DNA from: an uncultured Nitrososphaerota archaeon
GTDB lineage: Archaea > Thermoproteota > Nitrososphaeria > Nitrososphaerales > Nitrosopumilaceae
Length of the DNA stretch: 64,000 nucleotides
Reading direction: 5' to 3'
Assembly (NCBI GenBank): GCA_963824385.1
Contig: CAWGPD010000001.1
Location: 160,001 to 224,000, forward strand
Shown: positions 39,039 through 51,123 of the stretch, one piece after another
Layout of the letters: every line of letters begins with the position of its first letter
Numbering within the stretch: the stretch's first letter is position 1
Position numbers and translations under genes: made by a program
Notes under the pieces: model-generated
The model's database searches: none
Told to the model about the DNA's origin: nothing
What the model saw: only the letters and a program-made list of their open reading frames with translations

Positions 39039-41233
39039 TTACTCGCTATCCACGTATTCGTCAGGTGTTGGCACTTCGGGTGCAAGTCCCTTTCTCTTTC
39101 TAATATCACCAATTACTTTGGTCAGAATAGAGTTTGGAATTGGAGTCCAAGCTTTAAAGTGAGTGTTCCACATTGCACGTCCTGCAGTTTGACCACGCAT
39201 TATCTCAGACAAGTCAAATGTTTCTGATGCTGGAAGTTCTCCTGATATGATATGTATGACACCTTTTTGTTCCATGTTCAAGACCTTGCCACGCTTTCCA
39301 GATATTACACCTGCAACGTTTCCAATCATCTCTTGTGGCACACGTACTTCAATTCCAAGCATTGGCTCTAGCAATACAGGTTGAGCCAAAAGCATTGCTC
39401 CTGTACAGGCTCGCCTAGATGCAGGTCCTAGTTGTGATAGGCCACGATGGGCTGGATCCTCGTGTGGAACAAAGTGTGTAAATGTAAACTTGGCCCCTCT
39501 TACCTGTTCTCTTGCAAGAGGACCTTCTTTAACAGAATCTTCAAATCCAGATAATATAGAATCAGTTGATTCCCCTACAAACTGGACACCCTTGGTTCCA
39601 TCCACCATGACATTACCTCGTATATCAAATCTCATGACACGTTTTGCCTCGTCGCCATCCCATCCTGCTTCTTTGAGAATCTTGGCAACTTCCTTCTTGT
39701 CCTTGTATTCGTTTAGTGTACCGTTTCTTATCATTTCAGCAATCTTTTCATCCAATGGTTCAACCTTCATGAAGATCTTGTTGTGTCTGTTTGGCGACTT
39801 GGACATGATAGGTCCTGCACCACCACGAATTGTCTCTCTATAATTAATCAACGGCTGAGATGTAACAATATCCACCTTGGCATCTGCAATCAATGCAGTT
39901 GCAATCTCCAAGTGTAGCACACCCATTCCAGCGATAATAGTCTCACCAGATTCTTCGTTAATTTTTACAACTAGATTAGGATCTTCTATAGTGATACGAT
40001 TTAACGCTTCAACAAGTTTTGGCAAATCTTTAGGATGTTTTGGTTCTACTGCAATTGATACAACAGGCTCTGATACATACTGGATTCCCTCAAATGCATT
40101 AATCCCTGGAATAGAAGATAAAGTCTGGCCTGCTCTTGCATGTTCCAATCCAAGCAAAGCTGGAATGTTTCCTGCTGCTAATTGTCCTACCATCTCTCTT
40201 TGGTTACCCATGAAAAAGTTTACAGATTGAACTCTGCCTTCTCGTTTTGTATCAATCAAATGTATCCTATCACCATCTTTTATCCTGCCAGAAAATAATC
40301 TTCCAATTGCAACAGGACCTGCTGCAGGGTCTACTGTCATGTTTACAATCATCATTACAGTTGGACCATTGTCATCACAATTCAAAAGAGCTTTACCAAT
40401 ATCAGATTCCAAATCTCCTTTCCAGATTTTTGGAATTCTATATTTTTGTGCAACATCAGGAGATGGGTGATGTTTTACAACCATTCCAAGTACTGCGTCA
40501 TATAATGGAGCTTTTTTCTGCAAGCTTCTTTACGTCGCCACCATCAGAATATGCTTCGTATATATCCTTGAACGAAATTCCCTTTTTCTTCATCACATCT
40601 GCATTAAATCCCCACTTGTCCTTTGCAGAACCAAATGAGACACTGCCGTCCTGAATGCTTACCTTCCACTTTTCCTTGTATTCAGGTTCTGCGTAAATGT
40701 CAATTAGTCTGTTAAAGTTTGTAATAATATCTAGCAGCCAAGCTTGCATCTTCTCTGGTGGCAATCTTAGTTCCTTTATGAGACGGTCAATCTTGTTGAT
40801 ATACAAAACAGGTCTCACTCTTTCCTCTAACGCCTGACGAGTTACAGTCTCAGTCTGTGTCATGATACCTTCAACTGAATCTGAAACCACTACTGCGCCA
40901 TCAATAGTCTCTCAAACTTCTTGTAACTCTGCCGGTAAAGTCAATGTGTCCTGGAGTATCTATCATGTTAATTACATATTCTTCGCCGTTTTGTTCATAA
41001 AGCAAAGTAACGTTTGCTTGGACAATTGTCATCTGTCTGTCTTGTTCAAGCTTCATCGAATCAAGTGCCAAAGCTTGGCCTGCAACAGATGGACTGATAA
41101 TTCCACTTGATGCAAGAAGACTATCACTCATGGTTGTCTTGCCGTGGTCTACGTGAGTCATGACTCCAAAGTTACGAATATTTTTTTTATTACCAATAAT
41201 ACTTAGAATTTGATCTGTTGCCTTGAACTTCAT
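39039..41233 (-). CDS. fusA: Translation elongation factor EF-2, split by two +1 frameshifts (about 40908 and 40514; likely sequencing errors)
   Basis: HVDHGKTT, DTPGHIDF, INKID and diphthamide loop HEDPAHRG; three consecutive ORFs rejoin by single-base deletions. Confidence 0.96.
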
Positions 41234-41292
41234 GGTTTAAATAAAATCCTTTTCCAGTCGGTATTAAACGTTTAGAAGAATTATTAAAAAAA

Positions 41293-42198
41293 TTAGTAGA
41301 TCATGGAAGAACTAGCATTTCTTAATTTCTTTTCCTCTACAAAAAAGCATTCTTTTCTATTTTTTATTTTTGCCAAGTGCAGTGATAAAAATTCTGAAAC
41401 AAGGATGAAAAAGATAACTTGTCCAATTGGATTATTTGTTGGAGGATCTATAATTATAGGATGCAGCCCACATTTTTTTATTTGTTTAACAAGTTTTTTG
41501 TTATGCTTGTTTTGTTTTTCAAATATTATTACAGTATCTCCTTTTCTTGATGAAAACAGTCCCATGTGCGAGAACTGTTCTATTCTCTCATAGCGTACAT
41601 CAGAGCCTAAAACTTCTTGTAATTTTGCCGCACAGAACATTGCAATAGGATAACTGTACAGATTCCCTAAAACATAGACTCTGCCATGGATAGGCATTTT
41701 GGACACACCGTAAGATATATTGAAAAGTCTAAGGGAATTTGGCATCCTGAATTTAGTCACAAGAGAGATGCAGGTGAGAGCACTTGCAAGGAAGCATATA
41801 CTTCCTGCAGTCTGTATTCCCGTATTGTCAAATTTTAAATGAATTATACCATTACATGCATTTGCAAGTTTGCTTTTTGGATTTGCAGTTATTGCAGTAG
41901 ATATTTTTGATTGCCTTGCAAGTTTGATGTTTGATATCGTATTTCCTGAAATTGATATCAGATACAAATGGTGATTTCTCAAAAGTTTAGAATATTTTGA
42001 CAGGTCAAGTGGATCTAGTGCCTTTACTCTAAAATCAGAAAAGACTTCGGCAAGTTGTGCAGATGCAAACGAGTCTCCAGTTCCACAAAATATGGCCTTT
42101 TGTTGATTTGGTACAGACAGTTGGGTTTGAGGTTTAAAGCGTTTCAAAAATTCAAGTTGCAGCATTATCTCGCTTTCAAAGGCAGCGATGGTATACAC
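41293..42198 (-). CDS. SIS-domain sugar-phosphate isomerase-like protein
   Basis: GTGDS, ISISGNT, ITANPKS and EQFSHM motifs; probable GTG start at 42198. Confidence 0.8.
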   Translation of the reverse strand: MYTIAAFESEIMLQLEFLKRFKPQTQLSVPNQQKAIFCGTGDSFASAQLAEVFSDFRVKALDPLDLSKYSKLLRNHHLYLISISGNTISNIKLARQSKISTAITANPKSKLANACNGIIHLKFDNTGIQTAGSICFLASALTCISLVTKFRMPNSLRLFNISYGVSKMPIHGRVYVLGNLYSYPIAMFCAAKLQEVLGSDVRYERIEQFSHMGLFSSRKGDTVIIFEKQNKHNKKLVKQIKKCGLHPIIIDPPTNNPIGQVIFFILVSEFLSLHLAKIKNRKECFFVEEKKLRNASSSMIY

Positions 42199-42235
42199 GA
42201 ACTTGATTTTTATAATAGACATAAAAATCATCTTC

Positions 42236-43057
42236 ATGGATATCACAATAGGCCATACTCCTGATGCAGATGATGCGTTCATGTTTTATGGAATGCTAAG
42301 TGGTAAGGTTACATCGCCGCTCTTTAATGTAAAACATGTTGTAGAAGATATCGAGACTTTGAACAAACGCGCATTAACACATGAACTTGATGTCACTGCA
42401 GTCTCTGCACATGCTTGCGCATATCTCAAAGAGTATACAATTTTAAGAAGTGGTGGAAGTTTTGGAAAAGGTTACGGACCAATTGTTGTAGCAAAACAAG
42501 AACTTACTTTGGAAAAATTGCGAGGCTCCAAGATTGCAATTCCTGGAAAACTTACTTCAGCTTTTCTTCTTTTAGAGTTAATGATTGGCAAGTTTGATTA
42601 TATCGAGATGAAATTTAGTGACATTCCAGATGCAGTTGCTAGTGGACAAGTAGATGCAGGACTGGTTATTCATGAGGGACAAATAACATATGAACAAAAA
42701 GGCCTGACCAAGCTTCTTGATGTAGGCGAGTGGTGGAGAGACAGTACTGGAGGACTACCAGTTCCACTAGGGGTAAATGTTATGAGCAATCATTTTGGAA
42801 GTGAAACTATCAAAAAGTTTGACGAGTTTTTCCGTGAATCAATCATTTACGGCATGGCAAGACAAAATGAAGCGCTAGATTATGCAATGCAGTATGGCAG
42901 AGGCCAGTCAAAGGATTTGATTGATAGATTTGTTCGAATGTATGTAAACGATGTAACAATCGAGATGGGAGTTTTAGGAGAGCAGGCAATTAGAAATCTA
43001 TTTCAATTTGGAATCGAAAAAGGCCTAGTGCCAGAGTTTGAACTTCATATAGCTTGA
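42236..43057 (+). CDS. mqnD: 1,4-dihydroxy-6-naphthoate synthase (futalosine menaquinone pathway)
   Basis: GHTPDADDAFMF, DIETLN, GYGP, IPGKLTSA, IHEG and PVPLG motifs. Confidence 0.9.
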   Translation: MDITIGHTPDADDAFMFYGMLSGKVTSPLFNVKHVVEDIETLNKRALTHELDVTAVSAHACAYLKEYTILRSGGSFGKGYGPIVVAKQELTLEKLRGSKIAIPGKLTSAFLLLELMIGKFDYIEMKFSDIPDAVASGQVDAGLVIHEGQITYEQKGLTKLLDVGEWWRDSTGGLPVPLGVNVMSNHFGSETIKKFDEFFRESIIYGMARQNEALDYAMQYGRGQSKDLIDRFVRMYVNDVTIEMGVLGEQAIRNLFQFGIEKGLVPEFELHIA

Positions 43058-43174
43058 GAAATTAATTAAAAACTATTTTTTGCATTCTCTGGTGTATCTT
43101 TCGTCTAATTTTAAAAAGTAGAACAGGTTTTGCCCAAGACTAACCATTAAGTTAGGCTTGAAAAAAATAACATC

Positions 43175-43591
43175 GTGGTAGGTGCAGAAATAAGTCAAAG
43201 CAAGTTTCATGATATTTCTCATTTTGGATTAAGATTGGCAATAGGCTCAATCTTTATTGCAGTTGGCTTTGTCAAATTTGATCCTAGTTTTGCTACATAT
43301 CTACCACATATGGGCCTTCCAACAAATTTGCAGTACCTTTTTGCATTACAGGAATTTGTTCCCGGGATTTTGATAATCGTTGGCATATTGACAAGAATTT
43401 CTGCAACAGTTCTCTCACTTGTGATGCTTGGTGTGATATTTTACATAGACAAGGCATCAAAATTCATAGGCCCTGATGGTGTTGAGCTTCCAGTAGTACT
43501 TTTAGCAATTTCAATAGTCATAATAACAATCGGTCCAGGCAGAATTTCAATATCACATTTAATTAAAAAAATCCCTCGTTTTCTGCAGTGA
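43175..43591 (+). CDS. DoxX family membrane protein
   Basis: LRLAIG, E...GILTR and GPGRIS motifs. Confidence 0.9.
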   Translation: MVGAEISQSKFHDISHFGLRLAIGSIFIAVGFVKFDPSFATYLPHMGLPTNLQYLFALQEFVPGILIIVGILTRISATVLSLVMLGVIFYIDKASKFIGPDGVELPVVLLAISIVIITIGPGRISISHLIKKIPRFLQ

Positions 43592-43641
43592 TCTACGGAA
43601 AATTCTAGAATATTATAAAAAATCCTACTCGCTCATACTAT

Positions 43642-44584
43642 CTAATCAATACCTATTTTCTTTCTCAATATCTTTACGTTATTCCGAATTGTCACAGTAC
43701 TGACTCCTGATGTATTTGCAATTTTCTCCTGAGTTATTTTTTCTTCATTCAATACTCCTGATAAAAATATGGCAGCGGCTGCAAGAGATACAGGATTTTT
43801 TCCATCAGATATTCCTAATTTTTTTATATCATGTAGAATACCAAGTGCATCCCTTTTTGCCTTCTCGCTTAGACCTACGGTAGTACCAATCTTTGATACA
43901 AACTCGGACGGATCAAATGAGATTACTTGCAAGTCAAGTGCCTTTACAAATACCCTGTAATGTCTTGAAAGATTCTTAAACGAAATGTTACCAGTATCTG
44001 CAATTTCCTGTAAGGTTCTTGGCATGTTTGCTTCTCTGCAAGAAACATAGAGTGCAGAAAGTATCATTCCTGTTATGGTTCTTCCACGTGTGATGTTTTT
44101 GTTTATTGCTTTTCTATACAGATATGCATGCTCGTTCAATTATACTATCAGATAAATCCAGTTTAGACTTTGCCGTTCCCAAGACAGTAAAGGCTGTACG
44201 TAAGTTTCTTTCATGTGAATTTGATCTACTTCTACTGTCCCACGTTCTTAGTCTGTTAAAGGTACTTTTCATTTGAGATGAAATGAAATTTCCTGAAGCG
44301 TCTCTGTCAGTATTTCCAATTATTGTTGAAAGCCCCTTATCATGTATTGACAGTGCTGAAGCCATTCCGTTTCTTGTATTACTGTTAAAATCTTCTACAG
44401 TGTATGATCTTTGTTCTGGGGTAGTATCTTCAATTTTATCCATAACAACCATGCCACATCTTGAGCAAAGCACTTCCCCACGTGAACTATCAGTCACCAG
44501 CGGTCCATGTTTACCTTGAGTTGATACACATGTTTCTGGGAATATTCCTTGCAGTAACAGTTTAGTTTTATTATTAACTATCAT
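43642..44584 (-). CDS. tfb: Transcription initiation factor TFB paralogue, +1 frameshift at about 44129
   Basis: GEVLCSRCG ribbon, ERNL, RGR, PRTL-EIA, GKNP-SLAAA, TQ-x-IA-x3-VS-VTIRN; removing one base gives IERAAYLYRKA. Confidence 0.93.
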
Positions 44585-44699
44585 TTATATAGTTACTATA
44601 CATTAGAAAGTATATAAATTGTCAAGTAACAGTTTGGATACCAACTTAATTCATGGTAAGTAGTTTTTTGTTTCGTTATGTAGCGATTATAAGCTGTAC

Positions 44700-45107
44700 T
44701 CATTTTACGGTCTTTACTTTTCCAAATACTTGTTCTATAGTCCTTGGCTTGCCGTCTTTGAATACATCAGAAGGACAATATTTCATAGAAAAAGCAGCCA
44801 TCTGCATTAGGATTGTCTTTAGCTCTTTTCCCTTTTCTGTAACTGTATACTCAATTTTGATAGGAGTTTCCGGATAGACTTTTCTCTTTATCAAACCACT
44901 TTTTTCCATCTCCCTTAATCTTATAGAAAGTGTCTTTGGGTTAATCCCTTCTACGGATTCTAGAAATTGATTGAATCGTGTATGATTCAAAATAATCATG
45001 TTACGAAGTATGTGTATGGTAAATTTTTTTCCAACAAGTCGTAGCGTGTTATCAACAGGACAACATTTTATCTGATCAGAAAGATTTTTGAGTTCTTGTG
45101 GCATCAA
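44700..45107 (-). CDS. HxlR/DUF24 winged-helix regulator
   Basis: CCPV-x3-L-x2-VGKK, RFNQ, L-x2-RLREME and P-x2-IEY motifs. Confidence 0.92.
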   Translation of the reverse strand: MMPQELKNLSDQIKCCPVDNTLRLVGKKFTIHILRNMIILNHTRFNQFLESVEGINPKTLSIRLREMEKSGLIKRKVYPETPIKIEYTVTEKGKELKTILMQMAAFSMKYCPSDVFKDGKPRTIEQVFGKVKTVK

Positions 45108-45190
45108 CTTACTAAAATCACACCTACTTTCAGTAAAGTTACTTTCCTATTTATATACTTACCTTTCTATAGTGACTATAAGAACGTAAT

Positions 45191-45529
45191 ATGGAATGCA
45201 AAACAGGAACATGTAACATGGAAGAAGATGCAACGTGCTCATGCACCTCAGAGACGGAATGCAATGACTGCGGTTGTGGAACGGTTGATCCTGTAAGACA
45301 ATCAATGGAATTGCTGCACAAGGCATTCCACGATGCGCTATATCAGGCACATGTGGAACGACTCAAAAAGAGAATTGATGCCTCCTTTGGACCTACATTG
45401 GACAAGGGAGCAGATGCAATGATTGAAACAGCAGCCAGAGTCTGGCAATCAACTCTAGTACAATCAGAGGCAAAAAAAGAGCTTGAAGTAAAGTTGCAAA
45501 AGATATTTTCTGAATCAAGTAAGAGATAA
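45191..45529 (+). CDS. Hypothetical protein with Cys-rich N-terminus and helical C-terminus
   Basis: 7 Cys in the first 30 aa; divergent from hxlR. Confidence 0.7.
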   Translation: MECKTGTCNMEEDATCSCTSETECNDCGCGTVDPVRQSMELLHKAFHDALYQAHVERLKKRIDASFGPTLDKGADAMIETAARVWQSTLVQSEAKKELEVKLQKIFSESSKR

Positions 45530-45684
45530 ACTACTCCCCAGAAGAATCTCTTACTTTTCTTTTTTATTTTAGAATCCTGTAAGACCCAAATACTAACTTG
45601 GAAATAGTTTCAGACCCATTTTTAGTTTAAATTAAGCAAAGGTTGCGGGCATCTATTTATTACAGATTATACAATATACATCCA

Positions 45685-45963
45685 ATGGACAAGCGAGTCT
45701 TTGCACTTGGCATAACAATGCTTGCAATAGGTTTTTCCATTTACGGATATCTTAGTGAAAACGAACCTGCCGGAAGAGCAGACATGACAGACGAAGAAAA
45801 AGCTGCGTTTAACCAAGATCTAGTGTTAAATATTGGTTTTAGAAACATGGCAGCACTAGTTGGAGGCCTGGGATTTTTCATTACATTGATCAGTGTAGGA
45901 ATCCGAGGAAAAAAGAAAGGCGGAGCAGGAAAGACAGTGAACCAAAAACCAGCCCAGTCCTAG
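45685..45963 (+). CDS. Small two-TM membrane protein
   Basis: Two hydrophobic helices from ATG 45685. Confidence 0.65.
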   Translation: MDKRVFALGITMLAIGFSIYGYLSENEPAGRADMTDEEKAAFNQDLVLNIGFRNMAALVGGLGFFITLISVGIRGKKKGGAGKTVNQKPAQS

Positions 45964-47058
45964 AATGTTTTTAAAATATTGAAAAACGTATCTCTCTGAG
46001 CTGGCTCTCTACCAATCTCCTTAATCATATTTGCAGACTCAATGATAGAAGAGTTGGTTCCCTTGCCAGCTGCTTTGTAAATCTCCTCAGAGAATGCAGT
46101 CCCTACCAAGTCATTTCCTCCATATGTCAAGGCAACCTGTGCAAGTTTCTTGCCAAGTGCAACCCAGTATACAGAGATATTGTCAGAGCTCACCTGCAAG
46201 CATCAATCTAGAGATTGCAGTAATTCTAAGATCATACGTAGATGGGCTCTCTGATGTTACCAGTCCTTGCTTTTCAAGTTCGGTGTTATCAAGGCTGAAC
46301 TTTAGTGGAATCAGTGTAAGAAATCCCTTGGTTCTTTTTTGAACTTCTCTTAATTTTATCAAATGATCAATTATATGTTCAGGCTTTTCAATATGCCCAA
46401 AAAGCATTGTAGCATTACTTTTTATTCCAAGATTATGAGCCTGCTCTATAGTATCAAGCCATTCTTGTCCAGAGCACTTGCCTCTAACTATTTTATTTCT
46501 AATATCGGGATGGAAAAGTTCTGCTCCTCCTCCTGGCATTGTATCAAGTCCAGCTGCTTTGAATCTGGTCAATACTTCTTTTACAGAATTTTTTGTCAGT
46601 CGTGCAATAAAGAAAATTTCAGCCGCTGTAAGTGCTTTGATGTGCATTTGAGGAGAATTTTGTTTTATTGTTCGAAACATTTCTTCATAGTATTCCATTG
46701 GAAGTTCGGGATGAAATCCACCCACAATATGCACCTCAGTTGCGCCCATCTCTTTTGCAATTGCGACTCGGCTTGCAATATCTTTGGAAGATAGAGTGTA
46801 TGCATCTTTTTCATCTCCTTTTCTATAAAATGCACACATCTGACAACTAGCAGCGCAAACATTTGTGTAATTCATGTAGTATGATGCGGCAAACGTAACT
46901 TGTGATCCTACTCTTTGCTCTCTAACCATATCTGCTGCAGCACCCAGCATGTACAAATTATCATAAGACATTAGTTCCATGCCATCGTCGTAGGAAAGTT
47001 CTTCTCCTGCAATAGCTTTTTCAAGGGCCTTTGATTCCTTGACTAGTTTTTCTAGCAT
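45960..47058 (-). CDS. mqnE: CofH/MqnE-like radical SAM enzyme (aminofutalosine synthase), +1 frameshift at about 46186
   Basis: NYTNVCAASCQMCAF, HIVGG, IKALTAAEI, MPGGGAE and NATMLFGH motifs; fused C-terminus LAGELDNISVYW. Confidence 0.85.
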
Positions 47059-47147
47059 GATATTACTGGAAGGCAGTATCAATATAAAATTACCAAAGCA
47101 TGTTGTCATTAGTTAGATTATTGTACACGTGTGGTGCCACACCTTTC

Positions 47148-47546
47148 ATGAAACTGCACCACATTGGCATTGTAGTAAATAACATCCAAGAGTCCATGGG
47201 TGAGCTCAAAAGATACCTAAACTTTGAGACAACAAGTGCCACATTTCCAGTTGGCAGCCAAAAAGTCAATATCTGCTTTTTAAAAATGGGAGAGCCATTC
47301 CTAGAGTTGATAGAACCAACGTCTCCTGACTCGGCAATAAGCGAATTTGCAAAATCCGGCGGAGGAATGCATCACCTGTGCTTTGAGGTAAAAGATATTC
47401 AGTCAGAACTTGATTCTCTTGTAGGAAAGGGGGCAACCATACTTGTAAATCCCGTAAAAGGTTTTGACGAACGCCGTATTGCATTTGTTGATTTGAATAC
47501 AAAAAATACCAAGTGTGGTCTTGTCGAACTGTTAGAGACAGGATAA
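47148..47546 (+). CDS. VOC family protein, methylmalonyl-CoA epimerase-like
   Basis: HHIGIVV, Q-x-V, LELIEP, GGMHHLCFEV and LVELLE motifs. Confidence 0.8.
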   Translation: MKLHHIGIVVNNIQESMGELKRYLNFETTSATFPVGSQKVNICFLKMGEPFLELIEPTSPDSAISEFAKSGGGMHHLCFEVKDIQSELDSLVGKGATILVNPVKGFDERRIAFVDLNTKNTKCGLVELLETG

Positions 47547-47551
47547 AAAAT

Positions 47552-48959
47552 TTAGAGATTATTTCTCAGATTAGATCTTGACGATATGCCAATTATAGCA
47601 ACAATGGATATCAAAAGTGCAATGGAGGCAAGCGGACCAAATTCTGGAACAAATGTTGTACTTTTTGAGAATGTTATAGTATGATTACCCTGTTGGCCTT
47701 GCTGCCATATTAAATAGACAACATTATTCAATGTGGACATATTGCTTATGTACGAATCAGTTACACTATTGCTTACATTTGTAGAATTTTGAAACGTATC
47801 TCCGCCATCTGAACTCTTTGTTATAAACACATTATATTTTCCAAGTGTGTTGTCAACCCAGCTAATGTAGATAGCGCTACCATCAGATGCAATTTTTGGC
47901 CAACCCGATGCGCCGACATTATTACTTAGATTTATCGGAGTACCAAAAGTGTTGCCATCATCTGTACTTTTTGCAAAATAGACATCATAATTTGGATGTG
48001 ATATAGTCTGGGTCCATGTCACATAGATATTATTTCCAGTGACTGCAAATTGTGGATATCCAGAAGCAGCACTAAGATTACTTACGTTAACGGGAGTTCC
48101 AAAAGAATTTCCCCCATCAGTACTTTTTGAAAATAAAATGTCATAATTTCCCGAAGTATTATCCATCCAAACGATATAGACATGTATTTTGCAATACCAC
48201 AATTTCAGGGGTTCCAGATTGCCCAGCATTGTTACTCACATCGACTGGAAGAGTAAATGACGCTCCGTAATCATCACTCTTAGACAAAAATACATCAAAA
48301 TTTCCTTTACTGTTATCCTCCCAAGTCAGATACACATTATTTCCAGTTGCAAGTAGTTTTGGAATTCCGGAATTTCCCAAATTATGAGTCAGATATAAGG
48401 GCATACCAATTGTGGTTCCATTATCATCACTTTTTTCAAAGACTATATTTGTAGAATCATTACCAGATTTTTCAAGCCATGTAAAATACACGTGGTTATC
48501 AGAGACAGATATTTGCGGAAATGCCGCAAGTTTTGTTGCATTACTGATCATCATTGGAGTATCAAAACTTGAACCACCATCGGAACTTTTTGCTAGAAAT
48601 ACTGAGGCAGTGCCAGTAAGAGACGTCTGCCATATCACGTATACATTGTTACCTTTTTGTGCAAATGCCGCATAATCTGATTGGCCCACATTTGAACTTG
48701 ACAGATTTATTGGATTGCCAAATGTATTTCCACCATCAGCACTTTTAGAAAAAAATACGTCGCTTCTTCCAGAATTGTTTTCTACCCACAGAGTAAAGAC
48801 TCCATCGTCTGAAGTTATGATGTTAGGATTTTGAGAATCAGATGTCATATTGCTGATATTAACAGGACTTGTAAAACCCGGCGATGTAGTTTGGGCAAAA
48901 CTTGGAACAATTCCAGACAGGGCAAAAATAATCAGAATTGCAAATACAAATATTTTCAC
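47552..48959 (-). CDS. Secreted BNR/Asp-box (sialidase-like) propeller protein with PEFG-CTERM, +1 frameshift at about 48184
   Basis: Repeated KS-x-DGG-x-(S/T)F Asp boxes; signal peptide; C-terminal FVPEFG + TM. Confidence 0.88.
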
Positions 48960-49010
48960 ATAACTTGTTCTAGAGTACCAATATAATATGGTATCATCAA
49001 AAAAATGAAA

Positions 49011-49403
49011 TTACTTTAAATCCAATTTATCAACTATAAGATTTAGTTCTACTGTTTCTTTTGTGTTAACAGCATTGGTAAGATGCGTGGTCATGGTTAT
49101 CAAATATTCTCTGCCATCAATTTTCAAATTTGTTTTGATCAAAATTGGTTTAAAGTCAGTATTTGGTCCAAGCATTAGTTTAGGGATCTCATTTGTTATT
49201 GAAAGATCAGTTATTACTTTTGCCTTATAGGCCTCAACATCTGTAAAATACACACCTCCTCTTGTAGTAGGCTCACGTACTGGAATTTTTGATTTTATAA
49301 TTGAGATCTTTTTGACAGGATATGATTTTTCCTCAATATTTATCACATATGAGAGATTTTGAGCCCCAGATACCTTGATAATTACATCTTCATTTTCTAG
49401 CAT
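49011..49403 (-). CDS. Hypothetical protein
   Basis: Probable ATG at 49403; PTTRGGVYF motif. Confidence 0.65.
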   Translation of the reverse strand: MLENEDVIIKVSGAQNLSYVINIEEKSYPVKKISIIKSKIPVREPTTRGGVYFTDVEAYKAKVITDLSITNEIPKLMLGPNTDFKPILIKTNLKIDGREYLITMTTHLTNAVNTKETVELNLIVDKLDLK

Positions 49404-49490
49404 TTGAAATTTAATTTCAAACAAACCTCTAATAATCTTCTGTTTGGTGTGCACGATACTTTTACAACCTCTAGCATCTAGTCGGTATTT

Positions 49491-50998
49491 GTGAGAAATT
49501 ATGAGATCGAGGCTGCATGGCATTATCACAATGGTACAAAACATCCAAACGGAATGCTGCTTAGCAGATTTCATATGTATCACCCTTCACAAAGACCAAC
49601 CCCTTACAAGATTTACAAAAATGCACCGCAGGTCATTTTACCAATAGAAAAAAACTCGCTAGGAGTATCTACACTTGATGCCATTTCCACTAACCTTGAC
49701 ATCAGGGATACAAAAATTCCAGATTTACAAATATTGTCCAGAATTTTATATTTTTCAGCAGGGATTACAAAAAAGATAAAATTTCAAGGTCTAGGAGAGA
49801 TGGATTTTCGTGCAGCATCATGTACCGGTGCACTATATCACATAGAAATTTACGTCGTATGCTCAGATATCTCAGGTCTTGATGCAGGAGTTTATCACTT
49901 TGATCCAAAAAACATGAAGACTAAACGTAATACGACGTGGAGATTATAGAAAAAAAATTCTTGATTCAACTGCAAACGAGTCATTTACAAAACATTCACC
50001 AGTCATACTTGTTTTCACAGATGTCTTTGCAAGAAATTCTGTTAAATACCAATCAAGAGAATATCGCCATGCATTTTGGGATTGTGGAACAATATTAGCA
50101 AATACATTGGCAATCACAACTGCCCACAAAATACCTTCAAAGATAATAACAGGTTTTGTAGATTTGCAGATAGACTCAATTACTAGGATTAGACATGGTC
50201 CAAGAGGCACCTCTTGTAATTGTACCACTTGGAATAACAAACCAAGAAATGCCTCCCTGTCCTGACTTGTTAGAACTCAATTTAGAGGCAATTTCATCAG
50301 AGTATGAGATAGAATATCCAGAAATTAATGCCATGCACGATTCATCCTGCCTTCTAAATCAAAACGAGGTGGAATCATGGAGATATGAAATGACAAGAGA
50401 GCAAAAAAGTCATCCTCAATTGATTCAACTTGAGAAAAACATCAAAAATTTAGAATCAATAGAGCAGACAATAATCAAGCGCGGCTCTACAAGAAAATTT
50501 TCTCTAGAAACCATAACTTTTGAGCAGCTATCCACAATTCTTAGTTGTGCTACACCCGGAATTAATGCGGATTTTGTAAACCACGAGATACTATCAGATC
50601 TACATATCATAGTAAATGCAGTTGAAGGATTAGACTCTGGCTCTTACTATTATGTAAAAGAGAAAAATTCACTTGAATTATTACGTAAAGGAAATTTTAG
50701 ACCCACATCAGGAAATCTAGGATTAAATCAAGACTTGCCATATGATGCAAGTGTTACAATTTTCTTTATGGTAGATCTCAAAAAGATTTTAGAACAATTT
50801 GGAAATCGAGGATATAGAATAGCTCAGTTAGATTCTGCAATTGCGGGAGGCAAGGCATATCTTGCATCATATGCATTAGGTCTTGGTGCAACAGGACTTA
50901 CATTTTATGATGATGCAGTTACCAGTTTCTTTTCACCTCATGCAATAGATAAAGAGACGATGTTTTTGATTGCAATAGGAAAAAAAGAAAAATCCTAG
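49491..50998 (+). CDS. SagB/ThcOx-like dual-domain nitroreductase-family oxidoreductase, two +1 frameshifts (about 49920 and 50174)
   Basis: RAASCTGALY; hidden middle frame KYQSREYRHAFWDCG; RGSTR and GNRGYR motifs. Confidence 0.87.
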
Positions 50999-51123
50999 TC
51001 AGAATCAATATTTGTCTTCAAAAACAACCAGTTTTTTTCCATATTAAAGTGGAATATTTACAAATGATATTTTCTTTATTTTGATAAAATAAAAAATGTG
51101 AAAAATCACATTCTATTGGTATT

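Noticed and set aside
39039..41233. EF-2, mre11, tfb and mqnE as true pseudogenes or programmed frameshifts
   Set aside because: These are essential or conserved genes with otherwise intact sequence and no slippery-site/stem signals; lesions coincide with AGCT on either strand, which favours a systematic sequencing error
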